From: a virus
Taxonomy: Duplodnaviria; Caudoviricetes
DNA length: 64,000 nucleotides
Direction: 5' to 3' (one strand)
IMG/VR virus record: IMGVR_UViG_3300013426_000016
Span: 64,001 to 128,000 of that record
The position numbers and the translations under genes are program-made. This document shows, piece after piece, positions 47,433 through 60,517 of the stretch. Position 1 is the stretch's first letter. Each line of letters begins with the position of its first letter. Below the pieces are notes generated by a model. That model had not been told where the DNA came from, did no database searches, and saw nothing but the letters and a program-made list of their open reading frames with translations.

Positions 47433-50400
47433 TAGCTATAACTTATTGTTAATAAAGTTTTTAGAGCTGTAATTATAACCTGTTCAGTTCCAGTATATTT
47501 AACTCTTATCTTAACGTATTTATCTCGAACTTTTGCAGATTTTAAATCGCTCCAACGACCTTCTACATTTTTATATGTTTCTCTAAATAAAATAGGATCT
47601 ATAGTAACATACCAAGCATCTTCTTTATATTGGATATTTCCCAGTCTCCTACCAAAATTATATATGTTCTTACATGGCTGATTTAATACCAAAGAATAAG
47701 TATTTAAAGTAGTATCCCATTTAATAGAACAATTCTTAAACCTCTGTGTAACTTTAGTAGTTTTCTTTTCGGTCTCAGTTGGATTATATGTAGATGCTTG
47801 GATTCGAGGAGTATAATCAATTTCTTTGGCATATTTTCATTCTTTCTCTGTTATAGAAGGATATACTGTCAAACCCTTTTCGTCTACAGTAAAATCTTCA
47901 AACATATTCGGTTCAAAGGTTTTAGAAGCAAATATGCCAGCTTTATTAAAGTTAAATACGTCTCCTATAATTTCGTATTCAATTTCATTTGGTTGCACAT
48001 TATTAGAAATAATAACCAAATTATCAAATATCTTGTGCATACCTATAGGATCGTTAACTACAAATTCGAGTTCAAATGGTTCTTGTTTTTCATACCATTT
48101 AGTAGGTAAAATCTGATCATCTAAAGACTCGTTATCGTAATTTATTTCATCAAATATACCAGCTCTTCCATGCACATAAAAACCATTCTGCAAGAAAACT
48201 CTCTCCAACTCTTCTCTATTTGTTAGCTTCTGATTATTTAAAATTAACCCAACACTCTCAGTAAAAGAAGAAGTCCCACTTCCTATTTTTAAAGTGATTT
48301 TTAAATTAAATTTAAACCACAATGGGAAGTGATCGGCATCCTTAAATTCTTTCATAAATGCCTCTAAAATCGTGCTATAAGTTGCTTTAATAGTCTTACC
48401 CTCAACAGTAAATAAAGACGATTTTAGGGTAGTTTCTGTAACAATTCCAGCCTCTTTAAAAGAGGTTTCAACCGACATAATTTCAATAGTATAATCATCG
48501 ATATGGTCATACCCTTTTAGATTAATTGGCATCGAAAGTGTGGAGTCCATATTTGCTGGTATAGACCACTCATTTACGGGCGTATAGACACCTAAGGTAG
48601 TATTCCTATTATTATATATTATACTGAGCAATTTGGCCCGTTTCTGATCCAAAGAGTAGAAAATGTTATTAATGTTTTCTGAGTAAAGAGGAGTTCAAGT
48701 ATATCTTGTAATCCACTTATTCATTCTTTCATTAAAACATATATTCCAGCTCTCTTTATCTTTATTATAGAAAGTAAACATTATGTCTCCTTTATAATTA
48801 TTATAATGAGACTTAACATTTCTAAGAGCTACTATAGGAGACTTATCCATTTCTGATAATTGTATCTTATTATTAAGATACTGTTGTATTTTCATATCTG
48901 AAATGGTTTCTAAACCAGAGCTTCCATATCTCCAAATTTTCTTTGCATAGGTATCTACACCATATATGCCATTAGGAGTTCTAACAACAGATTCTGGCCA
49001 TATAGAACCGAAATCTGGAGAAATTAAAGTAATCTGATTTTGTACTACACCTGCCCCGTACATATGAATAGATTGTGAAGTAGAAGTTTGTATAAGGGCT
49101 TTTTCGTTTATTGGTATAATACCTAAACCATGTTCAAATACGCAGAAAATATTACCATTTAAAGGTAAGAATTTAACTATAGCTCCATATTGTCTATCTA
49201 TATCTTTATAATCAAGACCTTGGAAAATTCTATAAGAGTTTTTAAATTCATCTTCTTGTTGCACATCGGAGAACATAATTCTGTTATCAAATAACTCCTT
49301 AACATAAGGTACGTTATCTGCAACAAAATTTCTTTTTTGTCCTAATGTAACATTATAACCTTGGTTTAATAGCCAGCTCTCTTCTATTTTAGAAGAAACA
49401 GTAGCATTCATATCAGACAATGGATAAAAGCTTCTAGAATTACCCATAAGGGCTCTCTCATCGGTATGAGAAATGTCTTCTGCACGTAAACCTAAATTAT
49501 AATTAGAAAGGCATTTAAAGGTCACTCAATGGCCTAAATTAACAGAGTTTACATCTGCCCTATTTATACTTGCATAACTTCCAGTAGAGTCAGTAGCTTC
49601 TCCAGAAGTCATTTTATTGTAACCTTTATAATTATCTTTCCAGGTACTAGGACTCACTATTAACTCATTTATAGGAACATCTGAATCTATAAAGTTCCTA
49701 TTAAGTCTAATTGTGACAGTATTTGTATAACAGTCTCCCCTAAAGACTTGTATAGTATTTGTATTTCCCAACTCATATCTATCTGAAATAGCATAGAAAG
49801 AAGAATTATCTTTTCCTCTAATAGAGAAGTAATCTTTTAATCTTGTTATAGAATAATTAGGAATCCTAATATCGTATATAGTATTATTTTGTAAAGTTCT
49901 ATTTGCACCTAAGAATGGACAATATAATCCTCTGATTAAATTATTTGCACTAGCACTATAATCGGGCTGACTAAAGAAAGAGAACTGACTCACATCTTCT
50001 TGAGTACCACATTTAGTGGAATAACTATATCCATTTATATACTTCATAGGAGAATCGGAACCTACAAATATTAAAGAAGTGTTTGCACTCTCTTTAGTTA
50101 AAGTCCCACTCTCTTTTAAAGCATAATGTCTTTTAGATTTAGTGAGAGTACCTACTTTATTTGTTCTTGGATGCAAAATAAATTCAGAACCATCATAATT
50201 ACTTTGTAAAGTAGGATTAACACAGGCATCTAAAGAAAGGAGTCCAGAACATTGTATATATGGAGTTTTTACTATTCTATCTTCATAAGTTTGTGTTAAT
50301 AATCTAGAACCATTAGAAACAAAACTTTCTGAAAAATATTTTTCTCCATCGTACAACATTGGTACATAACTAGATCTATCTATACCTACAGAAAAGCCTT

Positions 50401-51946
50401 GCCCTAAAGTAGTAGGAATTCTTTCTTGTCTTACAAAGAAATACCCTTTTACTTTATATTCTTTTAAGAGTTCTTGTATTTCATTAGAAATGGAAAGCTC
50501 ATAATAAAGAGGTTGTACTTTACTATTAGTATAATCAAATATTGTAGCGTCCGGGTTCTTAAATACTCCAAAAGTATTATCTAAGAATTTGCCTTTATTT
50601 AGAAAGTCATCGCGAGTTAAATAATTCATTTTAACTTCAGAAGCATCTATTAAAGAAAGTGCATTATTTGTATACTTGTAATACTTTAAGGTAGAGAGAT
50701 CTTTATAGACTTTATCTGCTTCTAAAGTAAGCGCTTTAGTACAACCTTTATCAGAATAAAATTTATTTTCTTTATAATATCCAAAGTAATCTCCTTTAAG
50801 TTCAGTATCCTCTCTATCTGTAAAGTTATCGTCATTTATAGCAGAAAACTCACATCCTCTAAGATTAAATACAGAACTTAAAGAATCATCATTCATCACA
50901 AATACTACTCCAAGTCTATATATTTCATTTGGTCAGTAACCAAGTTTATAATAGATGTTATTTGGACTGTAATATTCAGTTTGGTAGTTATTTGCACTAG
51001 AAACACTATAATCATCTGGAGAAACTCAACCTATATTAGATTCTTGCTTAAGTGCTACTTTTATATAGTATGCTATATTTTGTAAATCCTTTATATTGTA
51101 GGTAACACCTTGCACATTTCCAAGAAATAGCATATTCTGAACTTGAGCTTGAGTCTTAGCAGCTGTTACTAAATTATATTTAATATTAAGTTCTTCTACG
51201 GAAATGTCAGTGATTTCCTCATAACCATTTAAAGTTATAGTTTCTACGTCATTCTTAATATCATATGGCTTTGTGAACATTCCTGCTTTAGTAAGCCTAA
51301 TTCCATTTGTATCACTAGTTTCTCTTACAAAATAAAGATAGAACTTAGAAAAAGAGGTATCTATATTACTAATTTTTAAAGTAATTGCTTTATCTGTAAG
51401 TTCATTCAGTAAAGTTCCAGATACAGAAGTTACTTTATCTAAATACCCTTTAAAAATGGCTACTTGTCCAGACTCGCATACTATATCTGTTTTATTGTAA
51501 TCATTATCTGCAAACTTTATATAAAAGGTATAATTACCGCCTTTTAATTTTCCGTAATTAGAAACATCATTTAAATCTATCCTTGGTATTTTATTTATAT
51601 TTCTAAATAGTCTTGTTTGACGATCTATTTTACCTTTTTTATATAAGTTGGTTTGCTCTAATTGATTCCTATTTATGACTTTATATCTATTATCTTCTAT
51701 TTTAGTAAACCTTGTATTAATGATTCTTGGTGGATTCTTATCATCATTTAAAATAAGATTCACTGTACCATCATAAGAAGGTTGACATTCTATATTAAGA
51801 GGGTTATTTAAATCTATATCCAGCTCTTTAGTTCTAAACTCCACTATTTGATTGTTTTCGTCTACTTGATTAAAAAGAGCGTGATACTCGTTTGCTAAAT
51901 CCCCTTCTTGTTTATTTGCTTTTATATTAAGTTGTATATTAGCCAT
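47432..51946 (-). CDS. Large tail protein (crAss muzzle / tail stabilization-like), 1504 aa
   Basis: Five ORFs join across TGA at 51026, about 50933, 49526, 48695 and 47837; LGY(W)PNEIYRLGVVF, VFRGDCY, C-terminal RDKYVKIRVKY. Confidence 0.82.
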
Positions 51947-54900
51947 TTAAATAAAAGTCTTTTTCTGTAAATCCTATTCTCTGTCTTAAAATTCCAACAA
52001 CGCCGTTATCAGTTAATTGTCCTCTTGCATAAACTTCTTCAGTATTACTTAAAGTGCCAGCATTTAAACGGGTAATAAGAGTATCGTTTACATCATAATC
52101 GCCTTTATAATAAAAATCTGACTGAGGAGTAATTATTCCTGCTCCATATACATCAGACTGATACTTAGCAACTTCCGTAGCAACAAGCTGTTTTCTACCT
52201 TCTTTTTCTCCTGTAGTAGTAGGTGTATTATCTATGGTTTTTTGCAGTGCAGCAAATGCAGAATCCTTCCCAGAAAAATCGAGAGTAAATTTAACCACGG
52301 CATCTTTAGTGTTAAAATCGACACTATCTAAAGAAGTATAGTCTGAAGTACTATTTGCACCCACTTTTAAATTAGGAGTATTATATAAAGTATTTCTATC
52401 AGAAGGACTTAAGAGATTTTTACTGTTATATGTAAATGTAGTAAAATTAATTTTCCCATTTCCATATAAAGATGCACCGTCACTTACTTTAGTAGAAGAG
52501 CCTTTAATAGTATAAAATCCACCTACAGTTTCTGAAGCATAATCACTTGTTACATGTTTAACGCTGTTTATCCAAGTAGTAAATATATTTTTGGCTACAG
52601 TTTCATTCTTTACAACAGCTCCGGTTTTTCGTATATTAATTAGGCCTATGTCATTTCCATGCTTAACTCCTACAAAATAAATACACTGAGTATCTGTACC
52701 TGCATTTTTTCATACGTAAGCTTTGTTATCTGGATCACTACTCTGAGAAGGAGTTTCTACACCAATAAAAGCATAGTTAGTGTTTCCTCCCTTATTAAAA
52801 GTACTAACAGATAAAGCGAGAAGGAACACATCGTCTGTTTTTAATGCAGAAGTTAGTGCTTGTAAAATACTAGGAGTTAGTATATTACTAGTTTTACTAC
52901 TTCCTTCAAATCCAAATCCTTTCCAAACTCCACTTGTATAACCAGGAATCTCAGAAAAATAAAGATGTATTTCTCCACCTTTAGCATTTTTAGAAGCATC
53001 ACACCATCCACTTACATCTAAGCTATAAGTAGAATAAGTAAGACTCTCTTCTACATAACTTCATATAGAAGCACTTTTAATTACAGGTTCTAAATCGTAA
53101 TGAATAGTTTTATTTCCCGTAACACTCAAATCGCCAAAAGTAATACTGCTAGTAAGAGTTCCAGAGTATTTAGAGAAAGTAGTTGTTTTAGAAGTATCGT
53201 TTATATCAACTTCCATTTTAGCTCCAGAAACAAGATTTTCCCACATAGGCCCTGTAAGAAGTTTAACTTCACTAGATGCCGTAACATCCATTTTACAAGA
53301 TGCGTTGCAGTATAAATCAAATCCGTTTTCTATTTTTTCTACATTTCCGTCTACACCATCTGTCATAAAGGTATTATAAACACCATTATTTCCTTTAGGA
53401 CTCTTTATATTAGAATTAGACATTCAAGCAGTATAACCAGGAGTAACTTGTACCTCTCCATAATCTACTTCGCTCTGAGGTATTCCATTTAACTTTAATT
53501 GCTTGTTTTGTATTAAAGTTTGGTAATTACCCATCCATTGATCAAATGAGATTTCATCATATCGGGAATCAGTAAATCCCTCCATTACCTTAGATGCCAC
53601 TATAAACTTAGTAAAAGTAGCTAAAACTTCAGCAGAATCACTCCAAGTAGAATTTCCTATAATATCAAACTTAATAATATAAAAATCTTCTGGAAATAAT
53701 GCTTTTGGATTACTTGTAACATTATCACTTGTATAAGGCACATAAGGAACAGAGAGATTAGTTTCTCCAACTAAATTTCATTCTTCACACTTTATGTGCT
53801 TATATGCAACTTTACTTGCATTTGTAGCATAATCATTTGGGGCACTTAATTTACTAATAGAGTAATACATATAAATCTCTGAAGTAAGTGCGGCATTCTT
53901 AGAAATGCCTTGTGTATCAAACATTATATCAAGTGTAGAATCTCCAAGATTATACCACCAAGAGCTGTTTCCTATTTTTATGTCTTCAATATTTCCTTTA
54001 GCATTTAAGGAATATTTATAGGATTTATTTAAATTATCGTAATAAACTATAGAAGTAGTCTCTCCAATTTTATAAGTCAAATAAGGCTCTATTTTTATTT
54101 CTACATTTTTATCTTTAACTAAATAAGAAGATAAATCGATTACATCTGAGAAATATAAACAGTTGCCGTTTTTTAAATCAAGTTTATTTGGTACTGAGGC
54201 ATTTAAAGTATTGGAAGTCTCTCCTACAGTTATAGTTATCTTCGCTTTCAGATCATTTGTGGTAGAATTTAAAATAAGCGGGTCATTAACCGTATACTGA
54301 ACACTTACTTTAAAAATAGGACTTCCTGCATAAGTAGGAACCACAAATTGCTTAACATTTAAGTCCATACTCTCCACTCTTGCAAATACAGGTTGTAAAG
54401 CTAACCAACCAGGAACATCCCATTCCACATAAGCAAAAGTATCTGAAGTATGATTTGCATTTTTTATTTTATCTGTAACATCGTAAGATTTACGATTTTC
54501 ATCTAAAACATAAAATTTAAGAGTTTCATATTTAGATGCTCCAGATAAAGAGGTAATCCAATTAGAGAGTTTATATTTATCTCCAGGATTTATTTTTAAT
54601 TTATTTGGATCTTTTCCGTAGAAAACCTTCATGTCTTGTAGGTTCTCTACTATATATGAATAATTAAGAGTATTTCCTGTTGCGCTATCTATAGATGTCT
54701 GTATAGCATCTAAAGAAATACTTTCATCTAGGTCACTAGAAGTAATAGTCTTAGGAGCAGGATAAGAACCTATTTCTGTTTCAGTAGTAAGAGGATTATA
54801 AGAAACTATATATAAAATATCTCCATATTCTTTTATTCCTACTGGTATAAAATTCTTTTCTAGTTTACAATTAGCTAAAGGATAATTCCCTTTATCATTT

Positions 54901-55037
54901 TGTAAACTATGCTCATTTCCGTCATAAGTAATAATAGTTCCATTAACACAGTCTGTCAATACTGTATTTGGAGTACTTACTGGATTTAAGTCCATCACCA
55001 ACCCTTCCGACCAAGTATTAGTCGCTTCTTTTTTCAT
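51939..55037 (-). CDS. Tail protein, 1032 aa, with tail-stabilization-like N-terminus
   Basis: Joins across TGA 53778, 53424, 53061 and 52710; NTWSEGLVMDLNP...LQNDKGN...EIGSYP start. Confidence 0.78.
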
Positions 55038-55588
55038 TAATCGCTAAGTATTTTTAATTTACTGTTTTCCTTTCGTAGAGCATATAAGTCGAAATTACGG
55101 GTTTCATAATTTTCTTCTCGAAAATAAAGACCTCTATCCTCCTTAACTTTTAATCTGAAAATATATTTATTCTTTTTTCTAATTAATGTTTCATGGATGA
55201 TCTTATAACAGTCTATTCTATCAAACTTAATTTTTTCTTTTTGTCTTCCAGATTTTTTCTCTGTAAAATACTTTTGGTACTCTTCTTCACTTAACCCAAA
55301 ATAATAATACCCATCTCAAATAGTTCTGCTAAAAAGATACTGTATTCTATATTTAATATGTTTCTTTATGTCACGGTATGTCCAATAGTCTTCATCTTTA
55401 CTAAATATTCTTCCTATATAAGCAGAAAAGGGAATTCTATGTGCAGCAAGTAGCACATCTCCTCCTCGATTAGAGACCTTAATTAATTCATTAAATCCGT
55501 ATGTACAAATCTTTTTAATATCACTTAATTCCAACTCTGGAAAAGCTATTTTTAATTTATCATAATAATCTTCTAAATATTTAATCAT
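55037..55588 (-). CDS. IHF/HU-like protein, 183 aa
   Basis: Reads through TGA 55316 to a TAA coupled to the next ATG; helical HU-like N-terminus; syntenic with crAss IHF-like genes. Confidence 0.6.
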
Positions 55589-56037
55589 TAGTAATAAGTT
55601 TTTCCTGCATTAACATTATCTATAAACATCTTTTTATATGGCTTAGTTAAGTGTATAGTTTTTCATTTTGTTCTTCCTCCTCCATATCACTCTAATACTA
55701 AGTCATATGCTACAAAATTAGTAGCCAATAAATCAATATCTTTAAATCTACCTCTTTTACAGTATAACTGTAATTCTTCTCCCACAAAAGGCTTTACATA
55801 TATTTGTGCTTTTCTAAAAGCTTTCGTAGGTAAGGCAAAAGTAACATTATTTTGGATAATATCCAAGCATATTAAATATATACAATATGTAAATACAAGT
55901 CCACAATAAACTTTTCTTTTATTTGAACCATACTCTTTTTCTAAAGTTTTTGCTTTAATTTTTAACTGCTTTACATTAAAATTATCAAATAGTTCTTTGG
56001 ATGAAAAAGAAAAACTGTTATAAGATCTTCCTACCAT
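55588..56037 (-). CDS. IHF-like conserved crAss protein, 149 aa
   Basis: Reads through two TGA to a TAA coupled to the next ATG; basic; ends GKTYY. Confidence 0.6.
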
Positions 56038-56732
56038 TATTTAATCGGATTATAAGTTTTATTAAAAAGCTTTCTGTCCCAACAGGCTTTTACATCTAAA
56101 ATATTGTTCATATCATTTTGGTTCAGTTTCTCAGGTATTCTAGCAGCATTACATTTTCTTAACCATTCTGCTTCTAAATCTTTAGCAAACTGAAGTATAT
56201 TACGATCTTTCTTTTTTAACCCTTCTTTATAGGTTTCTCTCCAAGCTACAAAAGCAGCTATCGCTCTCTCCTCCTTATTATTAATTAAAGGTAATCCTGT
56301 TTCATCTTCTACAAGAATTCCATGATATAAAACAGTTACATTTCTAAAGTCTCTTTCAAAATATAAAACTCCATCACCTTCTTTATATTTAATTAATTTA
56401 CCTTTAACATAAAAAGGACTAACTCCTTTCTTGGAACGTTCTATATAATTCTCAGTATTAATTGCATCTGTATCCAAGAAATCAGTTTTATTACTAGAAA
56501 CTTGGGCATCTATTATAGGTATATATACAGCCTCTATTATATCTGCATTACAAGGGAGTACTAACTCTTTATCATTAGTATCCGCAGTGTATTTATATAA
56601 ACGAGTATGTTTATTTCCTATAGTTTCCCAACCAGTAAGGGCTATATCTTCAAAATTATCGAGTTTAATGTCTATTCCATAAATTTCATTTACTAATGGA
56701 AAGACTGTATTCATACTATGTAAATTACCCAT
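56037..56732 (-). CDS. Tail tubular/ring protein, 231 aa
   Basis: ATG 56732 follows the upstream stop; LPCN...YHGILVEDETGLPLI pattern; synteny. Confidence 0.7.
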   Translation of the reverse strand: MGNLHSMNTVFPLVNEIYGIDIKLDNFEDIALTGWETIGNKHTRLYKYTADTNDKELVLPCNADIIEAVYIPIIDAQVSSNKTDFLDTDAINTENYIERSKKGVSPFYVKGKLIKYKEGDGVLYFERDFRNVTVLYHGILVEDETGLPLINNKEERAIAAFVAWRETYKEGLKKKDRNILQFAKDLEAEWLRKCNAARIPEKLNQNDMNNILDVKACWDRKLFNKTYNPIK

Positions 56733-56733
56733 A

Positions 56734-57399
56734 TTATATGTTTTGTGGTGCTTGGTAAAGTGGAGTTCTATACAATTGTAACTTCTTATTAAGTATTCTG
56801 CGCTTAATTTCGTCACTTATAGATCCCATATCTAAATAGTCCACATCTGTGCAACAATTATATTCTTTTAATTGTCTAGGGTCTTTAAAAGTAGCTATTA
56901 TTGCTATATTCTTTACATACGGAGCATTAAATATCCAACCATCATATTTTCCATTTTCGTTTAAGGTCCTTTCTATATAAACATATGGTTTATTAAAGGC
57001 TCTTTTCTTATACTGATGGTATCTAGTAGCTTCTTTAGTAAAATATACTTTATAATACTCATCTCTATCGGTACTTCCTATAAATGTAATTGCTTCATCT
57101 CCAAGGCCCTCTGCAAGAGCGGGTATCTCAAAGTGTTTGGCAAGTTTAGCATTTGGAATTCCCTTACAAACGCATTTATTTTGGTCTTTACAATCAACTT
57201 CTACACAATTAAGTGCAACTGCTAATTCTCCTTTAGTTAATAGACTTTTTAAATACCATTCTCTAATTATAGTAGCTCTTGTTTCGATACATTCGTCTTC
57301 TATCTGATCGAGAGAAATAAATTGTCTATTGGAAGCAGGAATCATTGTACCACTAATTAAATCGTTGTATATCGCTGATACTAATTCTTCTAATTGCAT
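56734..57399 (-). CDS. Tail ring protein, 221 aa
   Basis: ATG 57399 after the terminator; FKDP motif; synteny. Confidence 0.65.
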   Translation of the reverse strand: MQLEELVSAIYNDLISGTMIPASNRQFISLDQIEDECIETRATIIREWYLKSLLTKGELAVALNCVEVDCKDQNKCVCKGIPNAKLAKHFEIPALAEGLGDEAITFIGSTDRDEYYKVYFTKEATRYHQYKKRAFNKPYVYIERTLNENGKYDGWIFNAPYVKNIAIIATFKDPRQLKEYNCCTDVDYLDMGSISDEIKRRILNKKLQLYRTPLYQAPQNI

Positions 57400-57401
57400 A
57401 T

Positions 57402-57443
57402 AAAAAGAAAAAGGACGAGCGAGATCGGCTCTCACTCGCCCTT
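57402..57443 (-). terminator. Intrinsic terminator
   Basis: Minus strand aagggcgagtgaga-gccga-tctcgctcgtcctt followed by T tracts. Confidence 0.8.
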
Positions 57444-57468
57444 AATTGGTTTATTAATTATTTATAGA

Positions 57469-58488
57469 CTAAGATACACCAGATACAGTTACCTTAACAG
57501 AAGCGGAATCTCCGTTGTAAGAAGCAGTAATAGTGGTGTCACCATTAGCAACTCCAGTAACGAGGCCAGTATGAGCACCTACAGTTGCCTTTCCAGCAGC
57601 AGAAGAAGTCCAAGTAGCCTTAGTAGTTACATCCTCACCATCGAAGATAGCCTTAAGCTGAGAAGTCGTCTTTCCAGTAATTGCAGTAGAGCCAGAGATG
57701 GATACCTTACGCTCAGAAATCTTACCAGAGAGCTTGCCTTCAAAAGCAGATACAGCAGACGGAGCTACATAGAATACAATAGTAACCTCAGACTCGATTG
57801 CCTGACCAACAGCACTTAAGCCACCAAGACCAGGACGCTCAACCTTATAATTAAAAGAGTACTGAGTATACAGCTGTCCGTCTACAGGAGACTCATCAGC
57901 ATAAGGAGCAGCATACCTACGATTGTAGTAAGTAGGGAAACGAAGGTTCTCAACAAGCCACTTTCCAGTAGCAAATTCCTCTACATTCTTAGTAACAACA
58001 TATGCAGAGTCAGCAACAGCAGAGCCATCAGAAATCTTAACAATCTCTGGCTGCTCTGGAACCATCCAAGACTCAGCGAGAGTAATAGTAACCTTAGCAC
58101 CACTTACAGATACAGAGAAAGGAACACTATCCATAGCAACAAGCTTAAGAGCCTCTGCAAGATTCTTAGCCGCATCAGCAGCAGTAGCAGAACCAGCAAA
58201 CTCTACCATAATAGGCTTACCAAATTCTGCCCAATTAGCCATAGCAAAGTCAGAAAGAGACTTAGATGGCGTAGAAATAAACATAGTAAAGCGATAAGGC
58301 TCAGCAACGAGTGCTGGTACGGTAATCTCAATCTTACCTACAGAACCTGCTACGCCAGCAGTCTTGTATACGCTGCCTACAATCTTAGAAAGATCGTAGT
58401 TACCTGCACGCTTAATAGCAAGCTGCCCATCTACACTGAGGATAGCATCTGCTGAATTAATAATAGTTTCTTTTATATAATTAAACAT
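57469..58488 (-). CDS. Auxiliary capsid-like structural protein with C-terminal Ig-like (Big_2) domain
   Basis: ATWTSS...ATV...GLVTGVANGDTTITASY; codon bias like the capsid gene. Confidence 0.75.
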   Translation of the reverse strand: MFNYIKETIINSADAILSVDGQLAIKRAGNYDLSKIVGSVYKTAGVAGSVGKIEITVPALVAEPYRFTMFISTPSKSLSDFAMANWAEFGKPIMVEFAGSATAADAAKNLAEALKLVAMDSVPFSVSVSGAKVTITLAESWMVPEQPEIVKISDGSAVADSAYVVTKNVEEFATGKWLVENLRFPTYYNRRYAAPYADESPVDGQLYTQYSFNYKVERPGLGGLSAVGQAIESEVTIVFYVAPSAVSAFEGKLSGKISERKVSISGSTAITGKTTSQLKAIFDGEDVTTKATWTSSAAGKATVGAHTGLVTGVANGDTTITASYNGDSASVKVTVSGVS

Positions 58489-58513
58489 GATAATTTTCTA
58501 TTTTTAAAGTTAT

Positions 58514-59563
58514 TTAGGATTTGCTTTGCTCTGCCCCAGGAGTAGCAATAGTCTTGTTAATAGGGATATTTGTCTGAAGCCTTGGATCACTTGCATTTTC
58601 CATAAGCAATCTTACAAATATATTTGCAATCTCAAAGCAAACATAATCTGGAAATTCAAGAATTTGTGAGTAATCAAGAGTAGCATCGATCTGCTCTTGT
58701 GTAAGACGGATATACATAGGCGATTTTAAATAGTCAATGTATAAGTTCTTAGGAACAAATACTCCGTCATCATTACCAAAACGAAGTTCAAGTCTAACGC
58801 TAGAAGGGTTAGATAAACGATCTCCCTGTGCGTTATAAGAGTCTACCAAACTTGAATTAGAAGTAGATATTACTTTCTTTGTAGCCTTATCCCACTCCAA
58901 CTTAGCTGCATCTAATTCTTCAGCAGCAGAACTTACAGCATCCTCTTTTTCAGTAGTGCCATCGTTAGCTTTAACTGCCGCGGCATATGCCTCTAATGCA
59001 GTCTGATAAGCAGCAGTAATTTTAGAATCCACATTAGCAATACCATTAGCACTAAGGATTTTAGAATCCATAGTAGCATTACTTGGTAAAGTAGTAGTAC
59101 TATTAATATTATTTAAATAATAGTAAGGCCTTTTATACATAGGACGCATATACGCGTTATTAAGTACTTGCGTATACATGTCTGGAGTAAGTCTTCTACA
59201 AGGGAAATAAACAGAATCTCCGCGATTATAGCATTTAAACACTGGAGCTGAAACTTCATACTCTACAATGCAATTAAGCAAATGCATATAATCGTCTGGA
59301 AGATTTACACTGTAAGAAGACTTAAAGAGGTTGTTGCCAGTGATAGAATCAGTCATTTTAGTAGGCTGAAGGATAGTAGAGGTTTTTAATACTCTAATAT
59401 CATCTGTACTTTGCTGGTCAATTTCAAGTTTCTGATAGACTAGATTTATATATTGCTGAACAGCCTTATTAATAAAATAGTTATAATCCTCCAAAATAAG
59501 AGAAGGAGCTTCTAACTTATTTAATTCAATAAGCGCATATTCATACAGCTCTCTAGAAGTCAT
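58514..59563 (-). CDS. Neck/ring structural protein, 349 aa
   Basis: YFINKAVQQYI, NLPDDYMH, IDYLKSP, EFPDYVCFEI; position after the capsid genes. Confidence 0.7.
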   Translation of the reverse strand: MTSRELYEYALIELNKLEAPSLILEDYNYFINKAVQQYINLVYQKLEIDQQSTDDIRVLKTSTILQPTKMTDSITGNNLFKSSYSVNLPDDYMHLLNCIVEYEVSAPVFKCYNRGDSVYFPCRRLTPDMYTQVLNNAYMRPMYKRPYYYLNNINSTTTLPSNATMDSKILSANGIANVDSKITAAYQTALEAYAAAVKANDGTTEKEDAVSSAAEELDAAKLEWDKATKKVISTSNSSLVDSYNAQGDRLSNPSSVRLELRFGNDDGVFVPKNLYIDYLKSPMYIRLTQEQIDATLDYSQILEFPDYVCFEIANIFVRLLMENASDPRLQTNIPINKTIATPGAEQSKS

Positions 59564-59576
59564 ATTAAATATTTAT

Positions 59577-60431
59577 TTATTTTTTACTAGCCTTTTTTAC
59601 TTCAGCCTCTGTTTCTTTAATAGCCTCATCGAGCTTAGAAACAGGAGCATATTCTGGGTAAGTAACTAGTTTAATTTGTTCAAGGATTTTCTTATTATCC
59701 GGCTGCTTAAAGAAGAGGATTACCGCCTCATCATTAACTCCAAGAGGGACTTCTCCAAAGAAGTACATTCCCTTATTCTGAACTATCTTACCTCTATCTC
59801 TGGCATCTATGAACAGAAGCTTAAGCTTCATATCTCCCCCAGTATAAAGATCGATAATTTCATCCGGATTCTTTTCTGCTCTTTGGTACAGATATTCCTC
59901 AACATCTGTTGCTGGAGCATTTCCCATATATTTGCCAAGCAACTTGCACTTCGTAAGTCTGCTAGCAGGAGAGTCTGCTCCAATATAAGTCCAAGCTTTA
60001 TTAATCTTCTGCATACGTGAAACATTACGCTCAGAAGTTTCACCTGGAACTTCTACATATAACTCTGCGATACCATAACGCTGCTGATTACCGTCTATAT
60101 AAAGATTTCCTTGGTTGTCCTTAGCATCTCGCGTAGGAACAATCAAATCGTTATCCTTAATAGACATCCATATATTATATTCAAGAGGATTATCAAGGTC
60201 AAAAGTAGTACCACTAGTAACTACAATATCCATATCCTCTGGGATAAAATAATCACGGTTAGGATCATTCATTTCATCTGGACTAAGTATCATCTCCGAA
60301 TTTCCCTGAGAATCGTATCTTACAGGCTTTACCCAAGAGTAACGAACACCATTTTTCTGACGGCACGGCTGGAAATGATACTCCTTTACCGGACCCAATA
60401 CGCTTCTAAGAGTAATAACTCTATTCTCCAT
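59577..60431 (-). CDS. Conserved crAss-like protein downstream of MCP, 284 aa
   Basis: Clean ORF; synteny with the conserved post-MCP gene. Confidence 0.7.
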   Translation of the reverse strand: MENRVITLRSVLGPVKEYHFQPCRQKNGVRYSWVKPVRYDSQGNSEMILSPDEMNDPNRDYFIPEDMDIVVTSGTTFDLDNPLEYNIWMSIKDNDLIVPTRDAKDNQGNLYIDGNQQRYGIAELYVEVPGETSERNVSRMQKINKAWTYIGADSPASRLTKCKLLGKYMGNAPATDVEEYLYQRAEKNPDEIIDLYTGGDMKLKLLFIDARDRGKIVQNKGMYFFGEVPLGVNDEAVILFFKQPDNKKILEQIKLVTYPEYAPVSKLDEAIKETEAEVKKASKK

Positions 60432-60468
60432 AATTTTCTCTCTTTTTTAACTAAAATCTATATAATTT

Positions 60469-60499
60469 AAAAACTACTCCCCAAATAAAGGGGAGTAGT
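60469..60499 (-). terminator. Intrinsic terminator after MCP
   Basis: Perfect 10-bp stem actactcccc/ggggagtagt followed by TTTT on the minus strand. Confidence 0.8.
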
Positions 60500-60517
60500 A
60501 TATGTTATTTTTTCTTT

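Noticed and set aside
14557-56037. Widespread pseudogenes or sequencing errors in structural genes
   Set aside because: All breaks are in-frame TGA with no frameshifts or internal TAA/TAG, which fits recoding rather than decay.
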